This document shows, one piece after another, positions 21,218 to 33,153 of a DNA stretch of 64,000 nt. The notes below the pieces were generated by a model, which was not told the origin of the DNA, did not search any database, and was given only the letters and a program-made list of their open reading frames with translations. This stretch comes from Elusimicrobiota bacterium. GTDB lineage: Bacteria; Elusimicrobiota; Elusimicrobia; F11. Each line of letters begins with the position of its first letter. The first letter of the stretch is position 1. A program made the position numbers and the translations under genes. Where the stretch lies: positions 1 through 64,000 of the forward strand of contig JBJXGI010000099.1 of NCBI GenBank assembly GCA_046153645.1. The letters are read 5' to 3'.

Positions 21218-22636
21218 ATGGCCATTAGTAGTGATCAATATAATTTAGGCATAATGACTTGGAAAGACTCTCGAAAATTAGTCATTCGTTTTTTTCTTTT
21301 GATGAGTGATTTGTTGGCGATTTCCATTGCTTATTTATCGGCCTATTGTATCCGCTTTTATTACTCACCATTTATCGGTAATTTCCCTATTACGAAAGGT
21401 TTCCCACCTGTTCTAGAGTATTTGCAAGCGGCCCCCATCATTTTATTTATGTGGGGAGTGTCGATTTTTTTTCAAGGCGCCTATACTCGTCTAAACTTGG
21501 CCGCCATTGACGAAGGTATTCGAACATTTAAAGCTGTCTTTTTTGGAACACTTTTATCTATGTCCGCGATGTTTTTATATAGGGACGCTTCATTTTCGAG
21601 AATTGTTTTTGTTTTGGGTGGTATTCTTAGTTTTTTTACGATTTATTTGTTTAGGCAGCTTTTAAAAATAACTTACATCTCTTATATTAAAGCCCAGAGA
21701 AAACCCCAACGCATTCTTGTTGTTGGAGAAGGCAGGCTGTTAAACTCAATTAAAAAGATTTTAGATCGACATGGAGATAAAGCAGTTTTAAAAATGGTTG
21801 ATTTTAATATTGAGAAAATTCTTCACACAATTATTCGATCTAAAATTGCGGAAGTTTTATTGGCACATCCTGATGTTGAACATAAAGAAATTGTTAAGTT
21901 GTCTAACTTTTGTGAAAGAAAAAAAGTTATTTTTCGACTTATTCCTGATATTTTAGAAATCAGGATGGGCGAAATTATTATTGATGAATCATTAGGCTTG
22001 CCGACATTTCAAATTAAGTCGATTTCTTTGGCGGGTTCAGCTTTTTTAACCAAACGAATAATGGATGTTTTTATAGCAACATTATTAATAGGAGCTTGTA
22101 TTGTCCCATTTCTAATGATTGCTTTTCTTATAAAAATTACTTCGATTGGCCCCATTTTTTATACGCATAAGAGAGTCGGTTTTAGAGAAAGATTGTTTGA
22201 TTTTCTGAAATTCCGGACGATGGTTTCAAATGCCGATGATTTACTTACGGACTTAAAAGAAAAGAGTGATCGTAAAGGTCCTGTTTTTAAAATGAAAAAT
22301 GATCCTCGAATTACTTGGATTGGAACTTTTTTAAGAAGAACCAGTTTAGATGAAATTCCACAACTGTTAAATGTTTTGAGAGGGGAAATGAGTTTAGTGG
22401 GGCCTCGCCCTCAAGTCGTGTGGGAAGCGCAAAATTATGATGACTGGGCAAAAAAAAGACTCAATGTGTTGCCAGGAATTACAGGTCTTTGGCAGGTTAG
22501 TGGTCGAGCCGAACTGACGTATGAAGAAATGATTGAGCTTGATGTTTATTATCTCGAACACTGGTCGCCTGGTTTGGACATTAAAGTTTTATTGCGCACT
22601 ATTCCAGCCGTTTTATTTGCAAAAGGAGCTTATTAA
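21218..22636 (+). CDS. Undecaprenyl-phosphate sugar phosphotransferase (WcaJ-like)
   Basis: N-terminal TMs, KFRTM, DPRIT, SLDEIPQ, MSLVGPRP, PGITGLWQV. Confidence 0.9.
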   Translation: MAISSDQYNLGIMTWKDSRKLVIRFFLLMSDLLAISIAYLSAYCIRFYYSPFIGNFPITKGFPPVLEYLQAAPIILFMWGVSIFFQGAYTRLNLAAIDEGIRTFKAVFFGTLLSMSAMFLYRDASFSRIVFVLGGILSFFTIYLFRQLLKITYISYIKAQRKPQRILVVGEGRLLNSIKKILDRHGDKAVLKMVDFNIEKILHTIIRSKIAEVLLAHPDVEHKEIVKLSNFCERKKVIFRLIPDILEIRMGEIIIDESLGLPTFQIKSISLAGSAFLTKRIMDVFIATLLIGACIVPFLMIAFLIKITSIGPIFYTHKRVGFRERLFDFLKFRTMVSNADDLLTDLKEKSDRKGPVFKMKNDPRITWIGTFLRRTSLDEIPQLLNVLRGEMSLVGPRPQVVWEAQNYDDWAKKRLNVLPGITGLWQVSGRAELTYEEMIELDVYYLEHWSPGLDIKVLLRTIPAVLFAKGAY

Positions 22637-23565
22637 TGAGGATTTTGGTTACCGGAGGAGCCGGGTTTATTGGCTCTCATGTTGTTGATGCCTATATAAA
22701 TGCCGGTCATAAAGTCATTATTGTCGATGATGGTTCAACCGGAAATTTTAAACAGATAAATAAAAAGGCCATTTTTTATAATTGCGATATTAGAAATAAA
22801 GCTAAGTTGGCTCAGCTTTTTAGTAAATATAAATTTAATGTCGTAAATCATCACGCCGCACAAATTGATGTTCGAAAGTCAGTTCTGAACCCTCTCCATG
22901 ATGCTGACATTAATATTATTGGTTTGTTAAATTTGTTAGATGTGGCCGTTAAAAATAAAGTTGAAAAATTTATTTTTTCTTCATCTGGTGGAACCATTTA
23001 TGGTGAAACTCCAAAACCCGCGTTAGAAACCTCTCCAGAAATACCATTGTCTCCTTATGGTGTTGCAAAGTTGTCGAGCGAAAAATACATTCAGGCTTTT
23101 TCAGCGCTCTTTAATATCAAATACACTATTTTTAGATATTCCAATGTTTATGGTCCTAGGCAAAACCCACATGGTGAAGCTGGAGTTGTGGCTATTTTCT
23201 CTAGCAGATTATTAAAAAACGAACCTCTTAAAATTTTCGGTTCTGGAAATCAGACCAGAGATTTTGTTTATGTTGGCGATGTTGCTCGGGCGAATCTTCT
23301 AGCGCTGAGAAAAGGAAATAATCAAATCATTAATATTGGAATTGGGAAGAAGGTGAGTGTAAATGAGCTGTTTAATTTAATGGCAGAGATTATTGGCTAT
23401 CAACAAAAACCAGTTCATGCGAAAGCTCGGTTAGGCGAATTGCAAGATAGCGTTTTAAATTATAATAAGGCTAAGCGTGTGTTGGGGTGGAAACCTAAAT
23501 ATCAGATCAAAGAAGGGTTAGCTGAAACAATTCTTTTTTTTGAAAACATGCCGATAAAAAAATGA
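22636..23565 (+). CDS. UDP-glucose 4-epimerase family
   Basis: TGGAGFIGSH, HHAAQ, PYGVAK, NVYGPRQNPHGEAGVV. Confidence 0.85.
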   Translation: MRILVTGGAGFIGSHVVDAYINAGHKVIIVDDGSTGNFKQINKKAIFYNCDIRNKAKLAQLFSKYKFNVVNHHAAQIDVRKSVLNPLHDADINIIGLLNLLDVAVKNKVEKFIFSSSGGTIYGETPKPALETSPEIPLSPYGVAKLSSEKYIQAFSALFNIKYTIFRYSNVYGPRQNPHGEAGVVAIFSSRLLKNEPLKIFGSGNQTRDFVYVGDVARANLLALRKGNNQIINIGIGKKVSVNELFNLMAEIIGYQQKPVHAKARLGELQDSVLNYNKAKRVLGWKPKYQIKEGLAETILFFENMPIKK

Positions 23566-24488
23566 ATGCCATTATTTTGTTGGGTGGTCTTGGAACTCGC
23601 TTACGTCCGTTAACTATCTTAAAGCCCAAAGCGTTGCTTCCTATATTAAATAAGCCTTTTTTATCTTATCAGTTTGATTTGTTGCGCCGATCAGGAATTA
23701 AAAATGTTGTTTTAGCGGCTGGGATGGCTAATTTGCCTTTTAAAAAAGAATTTCTTGCTCTTGGGGGAAGAGGACTTAACGTTAAAATTTGTTTTGAACC
23801 ATTTCCTTTAGGGACGGGGGGGGCCATTAAATTTGGATATGAGCAATTATTGAAATATTTTCCGCCATCGGCAGTCCCCGTTTTCGTAATGAATGGAGAT
23901 GTTTTTATTAATTTAGATATCAAATCTTTTTTTAAAAAACATTTATTAAATAAAGCGGTCGTCTCAATTGCATTAACAAAAGTAAAGGATCCATCTCAAT
24001 TTGGTGTCATCATTTTAAACAGAAACTCGCGAATTATGAAATTTGTCGAAAAACCCAAAAAATATGTGGGAGATAAAATTAATGCTGGCGCCTATATGAT
24101 GTCATCAGAATGGCTAAATGGAATTCGTTCCAATACGGTTTTATCTGTCGAGAAAGATTTGTTCCCATTAACACTTAAAGAAGAAAAACCGATGTTCGGT
24201 TTTCAAATCAATGGGTATTGGAATGATATTGGAACCCACACCACATATTTAAAAGCGCATCGTGATTTGTCAAATGGTAAAAGTTTTATGGGGAAAGGTT
24301 CTCATGTTCATTCTACGGCAACTCTGGAAAACTCTGTCTTGTTCGAAAATGTGTTAATTGGAAAAGAGACGGTTATTCGAAACTCGATCATTGCTTCTGG
24401 AGTCGAAATTAGTAATAACTGTTGTATCGAGAACGCGGTGTTGGCTGAAAAAACAAAAATTATGTCTTACTCTAAAGTGATTGGATAA
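23562..24488 (+). CDS. NDP-sugar synthase (mannose-1-phosphate guanylyltransferase-like)
   Basis: LGGLGTRLRPLT, PLGTGG, NGD, EKP, WNDIGT, short left-handed beta-helix tail. Confidence 0.85.
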   Translation: MNAIILLGGLGTRLRPLTILKPKALLPILNKPFLSYQFDLLRRSGIKNVVLAAGMANLPFKKEFLALGGRGLNVKICFEPFPLGTGGAIKFGYEQLLKYFPPSAVPVFVMNGDVFINLDIKSFFKKHLLNKAVVSIALTKVKDPSQFGVIILNRNSRIMKFVEKPKKYVGDKINAGAYMMSSEWLNGIRSNTVLSVEKDLFPLTLKEEKPMFGFQINGYWNDIGTHTTYLKAHRDLSNGKSFMGKGSHVHSTATLENSVLFENVLIGKETVIRNSIIASGVEISNNCCIENAVLAEKTKIMSYSKVIG

Positions 24489-24490
24489 TT

Positions 24491-25942
24491 ATGAATGCAA
24501 AAATTAAGTTTGGAACTGACGGATGGCGTGATGTTATCGCCGATGGGTTTACTTTTGGGAATTTAAAGAATGTTGTTCAGGCCACCTGCCAATATTTAAA
24601 AAAGACCTCAAAATCAAAATATGTTTTGATCGGTTACGATAATCGGTTTTATTCCGATCAATTCGCGAGAATCGCGGCCCAAGTTTTTTTAGCGAACTCA
24701 TTTAAAGTTGAGTTATCGGATGCTGCTGTCAGTTCTCCTGTCATGTCATGGAATACAAAAAATAAAAAGGCAGCCTTGGGTGTTATGATCACCGCTAGTC
24801 ATAACCCGGCGATTTTTAATGGATATAAACTAAAAGGGTCTCATGGTGGATCTGTCGATGAAAAAACAACGCTCCAAATTGAGGACTTATTAGATTTGCC
24901 TTTAAACTGGGATGAATCCATCGTTCCGAAAACCACCGATTTTGTTGAAAGTTATATAGGCCAATTAAAAAAATGGGTTGACCCCAAAAAACTTAAAGGT
25001 TTAAAAGGAAAAATTGTTTTTGATTCTATGCATGGTCCTGGTGGAGAAATATTTAAGGAATGCGTTGGAAGTTCTTTTGATGTTTCTTACCTTCATAATA
25101 ATAGAGACCCTCTTTTTGGTGGAATAAATCCTGAACCCATTGAGGAAAACCTTCTTCCTTTAAAAGCTGAAATGAAAACAAAATCAGCTGTTATTGGAAT
25201 CGCTGTAGATGGAGACGCTGATCGTATTGGTGTTATTGATGAAAAAGGCCGCTATTTACCGCCACATACTGTTATGCCACTTTTACTCTGTCATTTGGTT
25301 AAGAATAAAAAAATGAAAGGGAAAGTTATCCAAACTGTTTCGATGGGATATATTAATCAGCGTATTTGTCAAAAATATGGTCTGGCCTTTGAAGAAGTAC
25401 CGGTTGGATTTAAAAACATCGTTCAAAAAATGTTAATTGAAAAAGTGTTATGGGGAGGAGAAGAATCTGGTGGATACGGCGTTGGCCTTTGGACACCGGA
25501 GCGCGATGGTTTAATGTGCGCGCTTCTACTGATTGAGATGCTGGTTATGGAGAAAAAACCTTTATCTCAAATCGTTGATGAAATGAGTTCTCAATTTGGA
25601 TCTTCCCATTTTAAAAGAGTTGATTTTCATTTAAAAGAGTCAGTGAATAAAGCGGATTGGACAGTTTTTATTCAATCTCAATTAAAGCCTGAAATTTCTG
25701 GGCAAAAAATAAAATCTGTGAATAGTTCTGATGGAATAAAAATTATAACGGAAAATGATTCTTGGGTTCTTATGCGCCCGAGTGGAACTGAACCGCTCAT
25801 TCGAACTTATTCTGAATCGGATTCAATGGCCACCGTTGATGCTTTATTGAATGAGGCCAAACGACTTGTTTCAATTCAATATCCTCCCAAGAAAATAGAA
25901 TCAAAATCGGGAACAAGAAAAAGTCGAAAGCCGAAAGAATAA
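24491..25942 (+). CDS. Phosphoglucomutase/phosphomannomutase
   Basis: FGTDGWR, TASHNP, DGDADR, GEESGG, RPSGTEP. Confidence 0.95.
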   Translation: MNAKIKFGTDGWRDVIADGFTFGNLKNVVQATCQYLKKTSKSKYVLIGYDNRFYSDQFARIAAQVFLANSFKVELSDAAVSSPVMSWNTKNKKAALGVMITASHNPAIFNGYKLKGSHGGSVDEKTTLQIEDLLDLPLNWDESIVPKTTDFVESYIGQLKKWVDPKKLKGLKGKIVFDSMHGPGGEIFKECVGSSFDVSYLHNNRDPLFGGINPEPIEENLLPLKAEMKTKSAVIGIAVDGDADRIGVIDEKGRYLPPHTVMPLLLCHLVKNKKMKGKVIQTVSMGYINQRICQKYGLAFEEVPVGFKNIVQKMLIEKVLWGGEESGGYGVGLWTPERDGLMCALLLIEMLVMEKKPLSQIVDEMSSQFGSSHFKRVDFHLKESVNKADWTVFIQSQLKPEISGQKIKSVNSSDGIKIITENDSWVLMRPSGTEPLIRTYSESDSMATVDALLNEAKRLVSIQYPPKKIESKSGTRKSRKPKE

Positions 25943-26054
25943 ACACTTCTGCTTTAATTTTAGTTTTAATTTTGTTATCTTTTAGACATCTTTCCGCTGG
26001 TATTTTTCCAATACATAGATAATAAGGATCGAAAATGACCTTAAGGAGGTTCAT

Positions 26055-28500
<2,446 letters not shown>

Positions 28501-28587
28501 AAATAATAAATATAAGTTGAATTATCGATCCAAATCCTATAAATAGAGGTGTTGTTATTTTTATATTATTTATAGGAGGGGTCTTCG

Positions 28588-29526
28588 ATGAAAAGTTTCT
28601 TCAAAATTTCAGTAGCTACCCAAGCTATTCTTTTGACGGGCTTTATGATTTTTTCCGGATGCAAAAACGGAAATTTAGCCGGTTTTCTCAATGATAGTGG
28701 TTCTGGTGGAACCGCCGCCACATTATCTGATGCGAATTTAGCGTTAGCAGAAGGAAATTACTCTCGATCTCTTGAACTGTATAATTCCATTTTAGTTCAT
28801 GACCCGAATAACTCCGACGCTCTATATGGCGCTGCGGCAGCAGAGTTGGGATCAAGTGGGCTTGATTTTGGTCAGTTGGTTTCCAATTTGGTCACGAATT
28901 CTGCACTCCTCGGCTCTTCAGTTAAAAATATGGGTGACTTTATCAGTCAAGGAAACCAACACCCCTCTTCTTCAATTAATTGTGCTGGACTAAATAGTAT
29001 TCTTCTCGGTATAAACTGCGAAGCTTTAAATGCAGTTATTGACCGAGTTATTTGTCGCTTACAAAAGATTGCTTCCGGTGGAGCCACTGGAACAATTACT
29101 TCAAATGATATTCCTACCTTGGTTAATTTTGGTGTCACTTGCCTTATTAGAGCCATTCTCCGCCCATTAAGAGCCGGATTGTTAGACATCAGAAATAATA
29201 ATGGTGATTTTGCAATTGTTTATTCCGTGGATATGACCACAGCTTGTAATCAACAACCAACAGTTATTACTGGAATGGTAAGCGATATTGCCGGCGCTTA
29301 TTCACTGTTTAATAAAGTTGTTAACTTATTAAACCTTTCTCAGAATCAAGTTATTCGACAATTGCGTGATGACATTGATACTGTTGGAACCAAGATGTTG
29401 ACTACCGGTGGGCCCAATGCCATGCCAGCGGCCTGTTTAAATTTACTACAAACCAATCTTGGAATTAACGTCAGTAATTTCAAAACCCGTTTGGAGGCAT
29501 TTGATCCTCCTGCTTCTTCGTGTTAA
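28588..29526 (+). CDS. Cys-rich lipoprotein with a TPR-like helix pair
   Basis: Lipobox FSG-C at residue 25. ALAEGNYSRSLELYNSILVHDPNNSDALYGAA is TPR-like. GGAGG SD. Confidence 0.65.
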   Translation: MKSFFKISVATQAILLTGFMIFSGCKNGNLAGFLNDSGSGGTAATLSDANLALAEGNYSRSLELYNSILVHDPNNSDALYGAAAAELGSSGLDFGQLVSNLVTNSALLGSSVKNMGDFISQGNQHPSSSINCAGLNSILLGINCEALNAVIDRVICRLQKIASGGATGTITSNDIPTLVNFGVTCLIRAILRPLRAGLLDIRNNNGDFAIVYSVDMTTACNQQPTVITGMVSDIAGAYSLFNKVVNLLNLSQNQVIRQLRDDIDTVGTKMLTTGGPNAMPAACLNLLQTNLGINVSNFKTRLEAFDPPASSC

Positions 29527-29539
29527 GGAGAAATATATC

Positions 29540-30877
29540 ATGAATATAAAAAAATATTTGTCTGGTTTATTGTCTTTCGGATTACTTTTTTCATCTTCCC
29601 TCTATGCTGAAGAATTGCCGGTCTTTATTCAGTTTGTTCGGCCTCTGGGGATGGGGGGAGCGTTCACAGCCGTGGCTGATGATCATAATGTGTTTACCTA
29701 TAATCCTGCTGGAATGGTTCAGCGGACAGGGGCTCAAACAACAATTCTTGAATTGGCGGTGGGCGCCTCTCAAGATTTTAAAGATGCAACAGACTTTGTC
29801 AAAGATAATGAAGATGATTTAACGAACTTCGAGAATCTTTCCTCAGCCAGGCAGTCTCAACTGGTTAATGAAATTTCGAGAACCATCTCTAAATTAAATC
29901 CAAGATTATACGCTGCTTCCGACATTGCATCATTTGTTTCAGGTCCAAAGTTTTTTGGAATACCCATTCATGGTGGATTGGGTGCTTTTGGATCTGTTGA
30001 TGCCTCATTTAAATTGGAATCGGGATTAATTCCTAGTATTTCTTATCAAATCAACAATGATCTTTTATTCCCACTTTCTATCGCTAAAAGATGGGAGGCT
30101 CCTTGGATTATTCCCGGAAAAATGGGAGTAGGGCTCACAGGCAAGATAATAAGGAGAAATCAAGTTTCTCAAAATAGATTGAGTGTTCTCCAATTAGATG
30201 ATTTAGAGACACCGCCAGTCCAAAGTGGGGTTGGTTTTGGAAGCGATTTAGGATTTTTATTCCAACCAAATGACCGGTTCAATATCGGGCTTATGGTTCA
30301 GGATTTCCTAGGAACAAAAATTAAGTACGATTCTCTGGCAGCTGAGAAAGGATTTGCGGCTCAACCAGAGAGAGACACTGTTATTCGTCCTCGTACAAAT
30401 TTAGGATTTGCGGTTGTTCCTAAAAAATTATTTTGGTTACTTCCTACCAGCGATCGATGGACATTGGCCTTCGATGTGCGAGATATTCTTACTGATAACG
30501 AACACGTGATGTTTGAGAGAGGGTTAAATAAACCTTTAGGAAAGAATTTTTGGACACATATGCATATGGGAGCGGAATTTAGATATTGGTTCTTGCGATT
30601 TCGAGGAGGAGCCAGTCAAGGTTATCCCACAGCAGGTTTGGGTTTAGATATTCCCATCTTGAAAATTGATTATGCCTTTTACTCCAGGGAGTTGGGTGAG
30701 TTGGCAGGAGATATTCGAGAAGAAAACCATATTATTTCCCTTGCGCTTCGATTTGGGTCAGGGGCTACGGAGTCAAGAGAACGAATTAAAAATGCCCAGG
30801 GTAAAGGGAATGTGGTTCCTACCACTGGAGAAGACGTTTCTCCTCAACTAGATCAAGTAATCGAATCTCCAAAATAG
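29540..30877 (+). CDS. Outer-membrane barrel, PorV/TraF/FadL-like
   Basis: Signal peptide, RPLGMGGAFTAVADD...YNPAG motif, alternating beta strands ending ...SLALRF. Confidence 0.7.
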   Translation: MNIKKYLSGLLSFGLLFSSSLYAEELPVFIQFVRPLGMGGAFTAVADDHNVFTYNPAGMVQRTGAQTTILELAVGASQDFKDATDFVKDNEDDLTNFENLSSARQSQLVNEISRTISKLNPRLYAASDIASFVSGPKFFGIPIHGGLGAFGSVDASFKLESGLIPSISYQINNDLLFPLSIAKRWEAPWIIPGKMGVGLTGKIIRRNQVSQNRLSVLQLDDLETPPVQSGVGFGSDLGFLFQPNDRFNIGLMVQDFLGTKIKYDSLAAEKGFAAQPERDTVIRPRTNLGFAVVPKKLFWLLPTSDRWTLAFDVRDILTDNEHVMFERGLNKPLGKNFWTHMHMGAEFRYWFLRFRGGASQGYPTAGLGLDIPILKIDYAFYSRELGELAGDIREENHIISLALRFGSGATESRERIKNAQGKGNVVPTTGEDVSPQLDQVIESPK

Positions 30878-30878
30878 A

Positions 30879-31961
30879 TTAAGCTGTTTTTCTCATACGA
30901 AGCCATAAGTACAGAGCAACGGAAAAGAAAACAATATTGCCTAACCAGGCCCCTGCCCAAGGTGGAATAACCCTTTGGGCAAGGGCTTTTCCAAATTGAA
31001 TGAACCCGAGATAAAAAAGGGTTAGTGCTAACCCGGCTGCAATACCAATTGCTCTATTTCCTTTTCCAGACATCGCCAACGGTATTCCCAAAAAAGTAAC
31101 AATAAAACAAGCAAACGGAAATGCCGTTTTCATAAGTAGTTCTACTTCTAATTTTCTGACCGGTACACCCAATGCGGATAATCGTTTAATATGACTCTTT
31201 AATTCATGCGAATTCATTTGTTCTGGTTGAGGTTCTTGAATGACGAAATTAATTGGTTTCTCATTAAAAGGAAAACTTTTTTCTATGAAGTTTTCATTTG
31301 AAATAATTTTTAGTCCTTCTGCATCAAATTTTCTTACCGCGCCTTTTTCAAATTTCCACCCAGCATCCGTTTTTTTCGCGCTTTGAGCATCAACTTGAAA
31401 ATCTAATTTTTTGTTTTCATAGCAGTCAACGACAACTCGAATCATTTCTCCTGTTTCTTGATTTAAAATTTTAGTCGACCAAATCCTCCCATCATTGCCA
31501 GCTACAAATAAATCTTTAAATATGGTTTGTTTCCCTTCACCGAGACGACGTATTTCATTTTGATAAACCATGGTGGCGTGTCGGGTTGCGGGTGGAATAA
31601 TCGTCTCATTGGCAATAACGCCTAAAATGGAAATGAAAAATCCCGCAAATAAGATGCCGGATAAGAATTTCTCTGGCGCAATTCCGCCAGCCAGACCTGC
31701 TATATACTCTTTGGTGCGAGAAAGATTTCCTACAACAAAGAGTGTCGCTAATAAACAAGCGACGGGAAGTATTTGAAGTGCCTGGAAAGGAAGTGAAGTT
31801 AACAAGTATCCTAAAACGTGTTTTAGACTTACGTGATCTGCTATGAATCGATCAAGTCGATCAAAAATTTGAGAGACAAAAATAAGAACGCATAAGGCCG
31901 AAAACGAAGCGATAAATGGTCTGATAAATTTACTCAAAATGTATCGATTAAGAATGTTCAT
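30879..31961 (-). CDS. lptG: LPS export ABC permease LptG
   Basis: ILNRYI start, 3 TM plus periplasmic domain plus 3 TM, paired with lptF. Confidence 0.8.
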   Translation of the reverse strand: MNILNRYILSKFIRPFIASFSALCVLIFVSQIFDRLDRFIADHVSLKHVLGYLLTSLPFQALQILPVACLLATLFVVGNLSRTKEYIAGLAGGIAPEKFLSGILFAGFFISILGVIANETIIPPATRHATMVYQNEIRRLGEGKQTIFKDLFVAGNDGRIWSTKILNQETGEMIRVVVDCYENKKLDFQVDAQSAKKTDAGWKFEKGAVRKFDAEGLKIISNENFIEKSFPFNEKPINFVIQEPQPEQMNSHELKSHIKRLSALGVPVRKLEVELLMKTAFPFACFIVTFLGIPLAMSGKGNRAIGIAAGLALTLFYLGFIQFGKALAQRVIPPWAGAWLGNIVFFSVALYLWLRMRKTA

Positions 31962-33043
31962 TTTTTAAATAACCTGAAAGACAAAAACCCACCAATAATA
32001 AGACATGTAATGTTAGCAATCCAAACAGACAATATGGCCGGAAGTCTTTCTTTTTCCGCCATGGTAAGCCCTAATATGAGAAGCAGATAATAAGTGAAAA
32101 TAATAACAACAGAAATTCCGAAACTGAAAGATTTTCCACCCCTTTTTAAAACAGTGGCAATAGGAACCCCAATAAGCACCAAACAAAAAGGAGCAAACGC
32201 AATGGCCAATCTTAATTGTTGTTCGGCTTCTATGGGACCTGTTGGAAGTCCTTTTGATTTCAAATCTTTTTTTAGTTTTCTTAGTTCTTTATTCAATAAA
32301 CTTCTAAATCTAGTATTTTTACTTGTTTCTTCAGCGTTAAGCGGGATCGATAAATCATATTTCTTAAATGTAATATGCATAAGCCTAGCGGGCATGTCAG
32401 CGTCATATCTTTGCCATTGGCCATTATTGAGTTCTAGTCGGAATGTTTTTCCATCGGTTTCTATTTTCCCGGATCGCGCGTAAATCCGTTCAGCCGGAGC
32501 GCCAGCGCCGCTTGTTTGATACACAAAAACGTCCTCTAATTTATTAATTGTTTTGTCTACCCGCTCGGCATAAAGTTTGATGTTTTTAATATTAAAGAAT
32601 CGTTTTGCTTCGATGTTAATAAGAGGGTCAGCGCTAATAATTTTTTCATAAATGAGTCTAAATCCCTGATTTGAGCGGGGAGCCAAATATGAATTAAACG
32701 GAATCATAATAAAACTAAGGAACAGCGCAAAAAAAAGAGGAAGCCAGAGTGCTTTAAACAATGAAATCCCTGCTGCACGCACTGCATTTAACTCGTTTTC
32801 TTCCGATAGTCTTCCAAAGGTAACAAGGCATGCCAATAAAAGAGCCATGGGAAATGTCAGTGGCAAAATTGTAGGAATGAACATTAAAAATAGCTTTCCA
32901 ACAATGAGCGGGTTTACCCCTTTATTAAAAAGGAGGTCAACGATGTCAAAAAGTTTGTCTAACATAAGCACAAACATGAAAAGAACGGACCCAAAAAAGA
33001 AAGATGGGATAAATTGTCGGAAGAAATAAACGGACAAAATCAT
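31958..33043 (-). CDS. lptF: LPS export ABC permease LptF
   Basis: FGRLSEENELNAVRAAGIS signature. Confidence 0.85.
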   Translation of the reverse strand: MILSVYFFRQFIPSFFFGSVLFMFVLMLDKLFDIVDLLFNKGVNPLIVGKLFLMFIPTILPLTFPMALLLACLVTFGRLSEENELNAVRAAGISLFKALWLPLFFALFLSFIMIPFNSYLAPRSNQGFRLIYEKIISADPLINIEAKRFFNIKNIKLYAERVDKTINKLEDVFVYQTSGAGAPAERIYARSGKIETDGKTFRLELNNGQWQRYDADMPARLMHITFKKYDLSIPLNAEETSKNTRFRSLLNKELRKLKKDLKSKGLPTGPIEAEQQLRLAIAFAPFCLVLIGVPIATVLKRGGKSFSFGISVVIIFTYYLLLILGLTMAEKERLPAILSVWIANITCLIIGGFLSFRLFKK

Positions 33044-33153
33044 GTTTAGATTCTATAAAAACAAGAGTCAACTTCCGTTTTTAATTATTGTTAAAACAGC
33101 TTGAAAACATAAGCATTTGATGATACCCTGGCCAAAGGAAATGGTGGCAAATT

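Noticed and set aside
23816..23823. G8 tract as a phase-variation site
   Set aside because: It encodes the conserved GTGG motif of nucleotidyltransferases, so coding constraint explains it.
25943..26054. SAM-I riboswitch upstream of metK
   Set aside because: A TTATCT...AGATAA pairing resembles P1, but the enclosed ~36 nt lack the GAG, GCAAC and GUGC core and are too short.
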